DNA from: Sphyrna mokarran
Taxonomy: Eukaryota
Assembly: GCA_024679065.1 (NCBI GenBank)
Contig: JAGIQG010000004.1
Span: 28,210,001-28,274,000 of the forward strand
Direction of reading: 5' to 3'
Length of the DNA: 64,000 nt
Positions 39,051 through 50,159 of the stretch are shown piece by piece; the first letter of the stretch is position 1; every line of letters begins with the position of its first letter. The notes under the pieces are model-generated. The model was not told the origin of the DNA and made no database searches. It was given only the letters and a program-made list of their open reading frames with translations. A program made the position numbers and the translations under genes.

Positions 39051-40129
39051 GAATATTTATTCTCAAGTGTATCCTCCTTGACTATTTATTCAGTTGTCCA
39101 CAAGCTGTCATTAAAAATCTATTCATGAATTGATATTTCTAGTTTGATTTAATCTTTTTAATATGCATTAGAGGTTGAAAGTACTCATCATGTTCTTCCC
39201 ACCTTGTGAAACTCCTCTCACTTCTGCAGAGTGCAATGCTGCTCTGTCAGCTTTGTGACTCCTTAATTCGATTGATTTTGCACTCAGGTTGTGCTGGTGT
39301 GAAGTCATAGGAATTAAAATGCTTGGCAATAGGCCTAGGGCATGATCATATTTACACTCAACTCTTTTTGACCATGATTTTCAAGCTGACATCATTTTAT
39401 GTGCTATTATCTTAGCAAGGCTTCAGAATGTACGCAAAGTATTTAAATCCATATCTGACGTAGTTTTGTGGCTTTTTGCACAGTAATGCACATTTTGTAT
39501 TCAAAGCTAATTTTGTCATTGCAATGTTTACAGTTTTTAAAAGTGGCATTAATATATTACTGGAAGTCAATTCTAAGTGAAGCGTTTAAAAGTCTTCACC
39601 TGAATGCAAACCGATGCTAAGAGCACACATGAGAAATTACTGTGCAGAACCAACTTTTGTAAGTGCTTAGCAAGCAAAAGGCATCTAGGTGTAAGCTGCA
39701 GAGGACTGCGCAGAGTGGCAAGCATGCTTACAAATACCTCATTCCATGTTTAAAATGGAACAAAACAGAAGTAATCATGCTACAGTGGATTATGGCTTGA
39801 GTCTAAGGTAATGATGTGCTTCAGAATCTTTGGGGTTGTCATTGCTGTAACTAAGCATCAGCTGCTCCTCCTTGCCATTGGACTTCTAGCAAACCATTTT
39901 GTTTTGTGATTGGATTGTAAATAAAACATTTCTAAGGTGCTAGGATTTGGTAAATAATGCAAGAATAGGGGTAAACATTTTTAGTATTAAAAATAAGCAA
40001 ATAAGATCTCTCATAATCTATTCATGAAATTGGATATGCTCTCCAAGAGGATCAAAGCATTATAATCTCTTCCCCTCTATAGGTGCCATGCCTTGGGAAG
40101 CTGCTGGGAACCATGGACTCCCATTTTTG

Positions 40130-40310
40130 ATTTATATTACGTCAATCCACAATGGTTTCATGGTCATCGTTAGACTTTTAATTCCAGATTTTTACTGAAT
40201 TTAAATTTTATTATCTGCCGTTTGGAATTCAAACCTGGGTCCTAAAAGCACTGTCCTGGATCTCAGGATTACTAATCCAGTGACAATACCACTATGCTAC
40301 TGTTTCTCCA
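40130..40310 (-). mobile_element. Old tRNA-derived SINE head
   Basis: Minus strand: gcatagtggtattgtcactggattagtaatcc ... ccaggtttgaattcc (A and B boxes). Confidence 0.6.
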
Positions 40311-40459
40311 TTTAAATAAAATATATGCTAAATACTAAATGCAAATTAAAATGAAGTTAATTCAATTAATTGGAAATGGTTCCGATTATACATTCTAAGG
40401 TACTTATGAACATTTGATATGTAAATTTTAAGTTATATTTTAAAACTTGCAGACAATAA

Positions 40460-41090
40460 AAGTTGGCAGCCAAGCTGATAGGGTTGTTAAGGAGGCATAC
40501 AGTGTGTTAGCTTTTATTGTAGAGGGTTGAATTTCAGAGTCATGAGGTCATGTTGCAGCTGTACAAAACATCTTGTACAGCTACACTTGGAATATTGCGT
40601 ACAATTCTGGTTGCCGCATTATAGGAAGGATGTGGAAGCGTTGAAAAAGGTGCAGAGGAGATTTACCAGGATGTTGCCTGGTATGATGGGAAGACTTTAT
40701 GAGGAAAGGCTGAAGAACTTGAGGCTGTTTTCGTTACAGAGAAGAACAGTGACTTAATAGAGGCATACAAGATGATCAGAGGATTAGATAAGGTGGTCAG
40801 TGAGAGCCTTTTTCCTTGGATGGAGATGGCTAGCACAAGTGAACATAGCTTTAAATTGAGGGGTGATAGACATAGGACAGATGTTAGAGGAAGGTCCTTT
40901 ACTCAAAGAATAGTAAGGATGTGGAATACCCTGTCTGCAACAGCAGGGGACTTTGCCAACATTAAGAGCATTTAAATGGTCATTGGATAAACGTATAGAT
41001 GATATTGGAATAATGTAGGTTAGGTGGGCTTACAAGTCGATACAACATCGAGGGCCAAAAAGCCGGTACTGTGCTGTTATGTTCTGTAAT
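40460..41090 (+). mobile_element. 5'-truncated CR1 LINE 3' fragment
   Basis: [31 protein letters not shown]; 3' end caacatcgagggcc...tgttctgta; homologous to 17880-18534. Confidence 0.9.
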
Positions 41091-41929
41091 TTGTAGTGGT
41101 TTTATATTTCTTCTATAGCTGTAAAATATTCTGTTCCTCCTGTAAATTATTTAAGTAGTACCATAAAAGATTATTTTGAGGCCATGTGCATGCAGCACCC
41201 AGATAGTAACTGGATAATGGGATTATATGCAAACCAGCAGAGAAGATTGAGATCAGGTGCTGGTATGAGTGGGAAGATTAAGACCCAATATAGACCAGAC
41301 TACAGTGACACTGAAGAATATAATTTGGGGCACTATGGAGTGAAGAAATACAGGAGACCACATAAGAATAAAATTAGATAGATGTGAAGATAAAAATCTG
41401 GATTGAGTTTATAGTTAAAACATCATATTGTATCGTCTCAAAAACATGCTAAATTTTGAGAAATCAATAACTTACATTTTGACCTTCAGCATAAATTTGA
41501 AGTCCTAAATATTGCAAGTGTAGGGATAAAATTTTTACAGGGGAGGAGCCAAAGATAAACATGTTGAGAGTGGAAAGGGACAAATTAAGGAATTATATTT
41601 TGACTATCACTATTCCCATCAAGCTCATTTACAGAACTGCAATCAATGTTAGCAGAAAATATATATAGGCAGTGTCAACTGGCAGTAATGTTGACACCAA
41701 TTCTTGTTATGATCTAGGGCAACAGACAAGAGGACAACACTATTAAATATGACGGTGTACAAATACTTTCAGTTTCCATATATCCTGACCTATTTACCCA
41801 ATGCTGCTATTGCATTCTCTCCAAAATGCTGGGTAAGGAGAGAATGGAGAGAAATGGAGAAGATTCTCACTGTGTCATTTTATTGCAGGTTGCAGCCATG
41901 AAACTTGGACAGAGTGGGAGCTATTGTTT

Positions 41930-42095
41930 GAAGTCCAAACACGTGTGGATTAGGTGGATTGGCTGTGCAAAATTGCCCCTTAATGTCAGGGGAACTAGCT
42001 ATGGTAAATGACGGGGTTGTGGGCCTGAGTGGGGTTGGGGTTGGTGCAGATTCGATGGGCTGAATGGCCTCCTTCTGTAGTGTATGGTTCTATGA
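41930..42095 (+). mobile_element. HE1/V-SINE-like 3' half, tail type A
   Basis: agtccaaac..gtgtggattaggtggattggc core to gatgggctgaatggcctccttctg..ttctatga. Confidence 0.75.
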
Positions 42096-42459
42096 TGAGA
42101 ATTGGTTGTTAAATCCTTGAAGAAAAGGAGCTGGAAATTCTACATCAGGAAGATCAAAATCTTGAAGGACTTTGTAACAGAAATTGGGACCATATATGGT
42201 AAATTAGCTATGTGATAGATCTGAGATCTATCTTTGCTGCACCTGCTATTTAATGTGAAATTTATTTTGATTGTTATTTGCCTGTTAGTTCATAACTTGA
42301 GTTGATTTTGGATTGGTTGTTAAAGTAGCAATTATTTTAAAAAATGAAATATTGTCCATAGCTCTTTTCATCAAGGTCAGTAAATTTGCTTCTTTTGGTT
42401 TGCTTGTTTCCATAGGGATCATAAGAATCATAAATGATTAATTGGAATGTATATGCCAA

Positions 42460-43325
42460 TGGGATGGTGATAACAACATGTGTTTTACAGAATCTTTAAC
42501 CAAATGAAACATCTCAAGGCAAAGTGGATTATAAGACCAGGTATGCTATGTAAGGAAATATTACTGCAATAACCCAAAGCTTGGTCAAAGATGTAGCTCT
42601 CTTAAAAGAGGGAAGCAAGGTAGAAAGATAGATGCGTGAGAAGGGAACTCCAGAGCTTGGGGCCTAGACAATTGAAGCATTGTCTCCAATGGTGGAACAA
42701 TTAAAATTAGAAGTATAATAGGTCAGAATTAGAAGGGTGCAGATATCTTTGGGTGTTGTGGGACTGATGGTGAAAGATTGCAGAGAAAGAGAGGAGTGAG
42801 GTCATAGTGGCAATGGAATTTTAAAATGAAGTTGAGAGTTTTAAAATTAAAAGATCATTTATTTATTAGTGTCATAAGTAGGTTTATATTCACACTGTAA
42901 TGAAGTTACTGTGAAAATCCCTTAGTCGCCACACTCTGGCACCTGCTTGGGTACATTGAGGGAGAATTTAACATGGCCAATGCACCCAACCTGCATATCT
43001 TAGGACTGTGGAAGGAAACCGGAGCATGCAGAGGAATCCCATGCAGACACAGGAAGAATGTGCAAACTCTACATAGACAGTGACACAAGCCAGGAATCGA
43101 ACACAGATCCCTGGTGCTGTGAGGTATCCACTCTGCCACCATGCTGACCCATTAGGATGTTGTTTGACTGGGAACCAATGTACATTAGTGAGCACAGGAG
43201 TGATGGGGGAATGGGACTTGCTGCGAATTAATTCACTGGCAGTAGAGTTTTGGGTGATCTCAAGTTTATTAGTGGGGTAGAATGTGGGACTGCATTTTGG
43301 AATAGTTGAGTCTGGAAGTAACAAA
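42460..43325 (-). mobile_element. L2-clade LINE 3' fossil with nested SINE
   Basis: Minus-strand SKSHSPITPVLTNVHWFPVKQ resembles the L2 ORF2 C-terminal HITPVLxxLHWLPV motif. Confidence 0.65.
42858..43150 (-). mobile_element. HE1/V-SINE-like element, tail type B
   Basis: Same head, core and tail as 27812-28120. Confidence 0.85.
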
Positions 43326-43559
43326 GAATCAATTTTGTTTCTTTGCCATCATTTCACACATTCTTAGAACAAAAGTAATGCGGCACATCAACCAAAACTG
43401 CATAAAAATGAATTGATGCGATGCAACAAACTTAGAGCACCTATTCATTGCTCCAGATATGATATAGGAATAATAATAACTGACAACTCTGAAAACCAGT
43501 TTGCAAAAGATGGTCTTACCCTGGAGACATTGTTCAGTGGAAAGCACTTATAACCACTG

Positions 43560-43995
43560 GAACGCATTGTAACACTACGTTCTGCACTTCCTTGTTTTCT
43601 TCTCGGTAAGCTTTATCTGTATTGTGCACAAGAAACAGTACTTTTCATTGTATGCTAATAAATGTGACAAATCAAAAAATGATTGTCTACATTATCTGTT
43701 GCCTGGAAAAGTATGACCCTATATACCCTGGACATACTCTCTTCCACCACCTTCCATTGAGAAAAAGATACAAAAGTCTGAGGTCACATACCAACTGACA
43801 GTTTCTTCCCTTCTACTGTCAGACTTTTGAATGGATCTACCTTTTATTAAGTTAATCTTTCTTCATATGCTAGCTATGTCTAACACTATATTCTGTATTC
43901 TATCTTTTCTTTCTCCCTTATGTACTTTATAAACTGTGCTTTGTCGGTACAAAATGCAAGAAACAAAATTTAAGTGCTCAATATGCAGGAAAATG
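43560..43995 (+). mobile_element. Rex1/Babar-like LINE 3' fragments
   Basis: aaaagatacaaaagtctgaggtcac..cagtttcttccct..ctgtcagacttttgaatgg; homologous to 44660-45110. Confidence 0.55.
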
Positions 43996-44659
43996 GATGT
44001 ATTTTCTACCTCTTTTAAGGGGATATTTATTGTAGTGAATCTCCGAGCATTGCAGAATGTCTCAGCAGGATTCACTCTGGTAAACAGGGGCAGAGCCTAT
44101 TCCCATTTGAGAGACCAGCAGTATAATGCTGAGCAGGCCACTGCGCATGTGCCAATCTGCCAGTGTGGAGATTAGCAAGTTCACAATGAGCCCCCATTTC
44201 TGGCCACCCGAGTGCTGGCCAGTTTGCAACCCCATTACACCTTCCCCACCCACTCAAGATTGCTGGCTTCCTGGACCTCCCCACCATGATCACCACCTCC
44301 TCCTAGTGATCCCAATTGCAAAATGGCAGTGCTAAGGTGCCCTTTGTGTAGTGTCAGGTTGCCAGGCTGCACCCCCTCTTATCTCCGGCTCCTATGTGGG
44401 GGGAGGTCCCCTCAATGGCCTCTTACCTAGGGGGAAGTAATTGTAAATCCAGTGGGCTGGGGGTGGTGGAAGGGATGCTAGCGGGCCTGGAGAATACTGT
44501 CCTGGGCCTGCTAATCATATTGAAATCCTCATTTCAATCTGACAATCAGCTCTGCGTGGAAAAGATTACACAAAAAAAACACTTGGAATACTTGTGACTG
44601 ATGTTCCTTGCTCGAGGAGTGCAGTAGGCCAAGAGAATTCCAGCCAGTGCCCTTCAATG

Positions 44660-45112
44660 TATTTCTGATCATATTACACCTTTGTATGCTGCCTGCTCTG
44701 CCCACGACTGCAAAGAACTCCAAAAGATCGTGAATGAAGTCCAAACCATCGTGTAAACCAGCCTCCTACCCGATGACACTATCTACGTTTCACGCTGCCT
44801 TGGCAAAGTAGACAACATAATTAAGGACCCTGAACATTCTCTTTCTACCTTCTTCCTTTGGGGGAAAAAAGATATAAAATTCTGAGGTCAGGTACTAGCT
44901 ACCTCAAGAACAGTTTCTTCCCTGCTGCTGTCAGACTTTTGAATGGACTTCCCTTGCATTAAGTTGATCTTTCTCTACATTGTAGACAATTGTAACAGTA
45001 CATTCTACACTCTCTCGTTTCCTTCTCTATGAATGGTATGCTTTGTCTATATTGCATTTGCAAGAAACAAGAATTTTCACTATATTATTATATGTGACAA
45101 TAATAAATCAAA
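44660..45112 (+). mobile_element. Rex1/Babar-like LINE 3' fragment
   Basis: Coding remnant ..RYKILRSGTSYLKNSFFPAAVRLLN; tail tgtgacaataataaatcaaa. Confidence 0.6.
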
Positions 45113-45239
45113 GTTTCTGGAGTACTTTTAACAGCTAAGCTTCCTCCTATAGTAAGAGACTCTGAGAAATGGATTCTATACTTGAACAATGTTGTAAAGC
45201 ACAGTTAGCATCCTTCCCCCATCTGCTGTAAAGGAAATT

Positions 45240-45850
45240 TCGCCATGCCTCAGTTTGGGGCACTCGGTGCTCGCAGGCTTAGTGACGCAGTAAGTTCATG
45301 AATAATTCTCAGCGTGCTTATGCAAATGCAGCGCTGCCTGATGCATTATGCATAAGCATATGCAAATCTGCGCGGCTCCCGCTGGCGCGTGTCGGCGGCG
45401 GCGGCGGCCTCTCTCCGGCACAGCGAGCGCTGTCATCATGGCGACGGGAGAAAGCTGAGGAACGCCGAGCAGAGAAAGGCTGCATCGACCTCAGACTGCC
45501 AGCTTCGCCCCCGCCTCCCCCCCTCCCCCCGCTCCGCCCCTCTGGACATTTCTGCTTCTTTTCCCTCGTCAATCTGTTTCGATGCGGCTTTAACCGCAAT
45601 GGCTGAGGTAACATCGCTGGCGATGGAGGCGGGAAAGCGGGCTCCAGACACGGCGGGGCCGGCCAGCGAGGGGAGCGTCCCCGTCCCGGCCCCGGCTCCG
45701 GCTCCGGCTCCGGGCCCCGACGCCGCAGTAACGGCGGAGCCGCTCTCTCCACAGCCCAAGCCCGGCCCCGGATGCGGCTCGAGCTCGGCGGTTGCAGGGA
45801 GGGGAGTGCGCGTCTTAAAGGTAACGCTTCACAGACTGGCTAATATTAAT
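45240..45850 (+). promoter_or_regulatory. PHLPP2: CpG island / promoter and first exon of PHLPP2
   Basis: Only GC- and CpG-rich segment in the window; TGACGCA at 45283; ATGCAAAT at 45320 and 45360; ends at donor AAG|gtaacg (45821). Confidence 0.85.
45599..45820 (+). CDS. PHLPP2: PHLPP2 exon 1 coding part (N-terminal Pro/Ala-rich extension)
   Basis: gcaATGG start; MAEVTSLAMEAGKRAP...GRGVRVLK; phase-0 donor splices in frame to AGG AAC ATG at 48497, giving GVRVLKRNMKRN, similar to my recollection of long mammalian PHLPP2 isoforms (GIRVLKRNMKRN). Confidence 0.78.
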
Positions 45851-48496
45851 TGACCTCTGAAGAAAAGCTGTTCTAATCCTAAACCTACACGTTGATTTTT
45901 TTTTTAAGCGACGCTGCTGCTTTCATTTCACATTTTCCCCCAGAAGAAGTTAATCAGTTACGCTGATCAGTGTATTTGAAGCAATGATTTGTCAATATAT
46001 TGTCGATGGAACGCAGTAGATTCCAGGTGATCGGCTTTCCCCCCTGTCTTTGAGCAGGGTAAACGCAGTAATTTCTTATACTCACACTACCTTTAACTGT
46101 TAATCCCTGATATGGGGAATACAGATACCCTACATTTGTAATTAAAAAAAAATGTACAGTGCATTATTTCCAAACCTACTTTTTACATTTTTTTCATTTC
46201 TGTAAGTTTACTTGTTGCAGTCACATAAAACGAAAGTAAATAGTTGTAAAATGCGTATCTTTCTATTGAGTTGCGCCATCCTCATTTTATGGGGCTCCAG
46301 TATCTTGTTGAACAGTGAAACCCACACCAACTATCAGCGACCAGATGGATCAGCAGATACAGTTAGGGTGTTTCGTCTGACTTGAAAATGTTATTCCAGA
46401 AATCGTCGCCGTTTAAAACATTCTAATGGGATGTTTTATTAACGGAGTCTTGATTGGTGTTTCCAAGACGGGCGATGGCCTTCTAAAATGAGACACCACA
46501 AATGAAAGTGGTCAGCTAAATTCGGTACATGTTCTGTTCCATTAACATTCCTTGTGACTTGACATTCTCACTTGTTTCTTGTTCTCATTAAGTCTGTGAT
46601 AGACAGTTTATTTTGCCTTTCACCTAGTAGTACTGGCCACTTATTTGTTTGTATAATATTTTATAAGGGGTTGGCTATTTAAGTTCACGCAGTGATATCC
46701 TTTAGAAAGATGGGCAACAGACACACTTATGGTCCATGATTTGTGGGCGTTTTAAAACATACGCGGTAGGCTTTTATCATTTCGAGTTGGTGGTATTGCA
46801 AGGTGACAAGAGTGAATCAAGCTATTTAGTGGCTGGACTATTTCATAAGAACTTAATATGTAATTGTTTTAAAGATTTGTACGATGACTGAATATCCTGT
46901 GGTGTTCCTTGTGTGTCAGAGGCTGGTGTTCTAGTACTGCCTTGTTCCCTCCTTTTCTGCCTAAGCCTGTTGTCCTGTTAGATGCTATTTCTTTTATATG
47001 TCTTTGTCTAACAAAACAAATCTTTCAGCATGCTTTCTACCACTATATTGTATTGTAGGATCAGTGATATCACAGTAAGAGCAGTAATAGTGCAGAGGTT
47101 GGATAGCTGCAAATCCAAGGAATTCCTGGAATAGGAAAGGATGGCTTATAAAGTCAGCACTATTCATCGCTGACTTAATTGTGACAGGTACTAAATTTTG
47201 GATTTCTGAGGATTTGTGCAGTGTATAAATTGAATACCTGCCTTTACTGGCATTGAAATGGATTGTCATCAATTGATGACCGAATAATCAACTGTTACAT
47301 TACTTTTGACCAACGGGATGATCAGAAAATAGCATTTATGGATTAATGACACACTTCTCGGTCATGAGATTGCTACTGCATGACAATCCTAGAACCACCA
47401 GTAAGTTATCTCAAAAGTGTTACTCATTTTATATAGACAGTTGTGCTGTCACCTCCCTTTGGTGATTAGGGCTACTGCATTTGTCTAGCCATTACTGCAG
47501 AAGGCAATTGCTGAGCAGTTTAAAATGTACCTTTTATGTCCTTGTAAAACGTAATGTGCATTGCATTCATTCAATATAGGTCAATGTGCCCTAGGTGATG
47601 GGTTTCAATTTAAATGAGCAATGCCATCTGTTTCAGGAATCTTATGGATAGTTAATTCTGGCAAATTGGTAACTTTGGTAAATAATATGTTGTAATTTTC
47701 TCTGCTCTGTAACATTAAAAGATAAATTCTGAGAAATCTGAAGTTTATTGTGATCCAGTTATGTATTTTGAACCATAATGCTGTGCCAGTTCTTTCAATC
47801 CTAGAAAGGGATCTTGCAAGATGTTTTATCTGGTTAAATTTGTCCTTCCTATGTAGACAATAGTGTTCAATTTCAGATTGATTGACTTTACTCTTAATCA
47901 GATTTACATTCTTGGCAATTTATAACCCTGTTATGCGAGTTTGTCATGTTTTAATGCATTTTGGAAGTGCAGATGGTGGTGTTTTGATTGCTATCAAGGT
48001 TTCATTTTCCTTCATTGCTTTTTTTTAAATTTACTGTTCGTGTGGGGAGGAAAAAAACATTTTGTGTTGTAAAATGCTTTTCTTTTCAAGTGGGGAAATT
48101 AAAATGTTTATGAATAGATGAATTTGTTGGAATAAAGAAAAATGAAGTTGAGTAAGTCTACGGTGTAAATAGATTATAGACCCCCAATTCAGAAATGTGA
48201 TGGAATAAATGCTTGGGATGTATTGAAATTCTTCATATTTCAGTGGTAAATAATACATGACTCAAATCTCAGCTCATGAAAGCTATTTCTGTCTTGCATT
48301 CATTATTGTTGTCTGAAATTCTATTAAATAGATTATTTTATGTTGCAACTTGTGTGCATTTAATTTCACACCAAAGCTTAGGCCATGTGGTTCAATTATC
48401 CTAACTATTTCCATCTAAATTTTAGTTTGAATCTTAATCTGAGCTGTGTGTAGTAATTTGCATTCTGATGCATGTTTTCAATCCTTCCTTTCACAG

Positions 48497-48810
48497 AGGA
48501 ACATGAAACGCAATGCCAGCAGGAGTTGCCTCGGAAAGAAGAGTAGTCTGGGTGTACGAGAGAAAGAGTGGCTGAAAGGGGACATACGAAGGGGATGTAT
48601 ATGTATTCACGGAAAGGAGATGGTGTCATTGAATGCTTCTTCCTCCACCTCTTCCCCGAGTACATTACTGTCATCTTTATCATGCTCTTCCTCCTCATCA
48701 TCTGGCCCGGACCTGCAGCTAGTACTCTGCAGTACTGAAACCACAACAACAGAGCTGTGTACTCAGGATAAGGATAACCTTTACCTGCAACTCCATGGTG
48801 ATCTCATCAG
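48497..48810 (+). CDS. PHLPP2: PHLPP2 exon 2 (canonical ATG at 48503; Ser-rich tract, start of Ras-association-like region)
   Basis: RNMKRNASRSCLGKKSSLGVREKEWLKGDIRRGC...DLQLVLCSTET...LYLQLHGDLIR; acceptor ctttcacag, donor AG|gtaggg. Confidence 0.95.
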
Positions 48811-50159
48811 GTAGGGACAACCACCAAAATAAATAGTAGTTCTGCAGGGTGATCACTAGACTTCAGCATGTGCACTTTTACAGTAATAAATATGGAATGC
48901 TGACAATTTTTTCAGAGGAATCCAGTGATAACGTTTGGATGACTGGTCAAAGTCACATCCTTACAAAGTATTGTTGTGGGGGAGGGTAAGGGACCAATTG
49001 ACAAAATAATGAGCAATGAGATATACACGTGGTACAAAAAGATTTGAATTAGTAATTCCAAATAATATGATTTAGCAGCCTCTATATCCATTCCTAAAGC
49101 TAATGTTAACACTTCTTTTGGTGCCTTGTTACCTTTGGCAATAGCAGCACAGTCTCTTGTTAGAGCTGCTTGTTTCATAAGTACTGTAAATGTTTTTCAA
49201 AATGCAAGTATCAGTTTTCTCTTCCAGTTGGACTTTGTAATTGCATGAAAATGGTTTCTGTATGTTGTCTATGCTTTAAATTGCTCAAAACATCACAAAC
49301 TAAAAAGGAAATAGTTAAACTTGTCACAAGAAGTGTCCGCGAATTCAGAATTTCTCCAAACTTTTCAATCCACAGAACCCTTTGGACCTCCCAAGAATAC
49401 TGATGGATCAGTTAAAAAAACATTCTTATTGTTTTGAGGAATTAAATCATAAAATGATGAATTGGTGCAAACGTACAAAAACAAACCTCAAAGATATTTC
49501 TGTCTTTATATATAATAACATGTTTTGCTACTCAATAAATACTTGTCTTGCCTCCTACCTTTTTATCATTTTTAATGGGAGGAGTGATGCTGCGCAGAAA
49601 TCAGTTTAAAACTGGGAGTACTGCTGGAGAGCTGGATTCACATTTCGGATGCATGTGCTCATCCCACATGCACACATCTTTGAGACCCCTGTGGTCCTGG
49701 CATCTCTCAAGGCTTTCAGGATCCCTGAGACCCAGCATAAGTCAAACTCTCTTGGGCCACTGCTTCACCTCTTGGGGCCTCCGCTCATCTGGCACCTCAC
49801 TTCCATGTGAGTTTAAATTAATATATTTCCAGGTTGTCCAGTCAGAGGTGGTTTCTCACTTGGTTGACTGGCCTGCCTATCAGAAGGCAATAAAGTGAAA
49901 CAACAGCCCTTGAGTGGTCAAGGTGTAAGGCCAGATTTTTAAAAAAAAAATTAAAATGGTCAGAGGCTAAACAGAACCCAGTTTGGGAAACGCTGCTCTG
50001 ATTGGTCTTCTGTGTTACATGTGGAGTGTTGCAATCAGGTGTCATCTTCAGATGAGACTGATCAGAGGACATGGAATAATTGAACCAGGAATCACATGTT
50101 ATCCAGTTCTCATCTTAAGTTTTCTTTTCCCACCCTATTTTTCTTATAATACTCGAGAA

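Noticed and set aside
44030-44650. Moderately GC-rich segment with overlapping short ORFs upstream of PHLPP2
   Set aside because: CpG-depleted and probably a decayed interspersed repeat; termini could not be defined and the ORFs have no homology.
45318-45759. Antisense ORFs over the CpG island (144 and 107 aa)
   Set aside because: Low-complexity Pro/Gly/Ala/Arg frames expected in GC-rich DNA; no recognisable domain; shadows of PHLPP2 exon 1.
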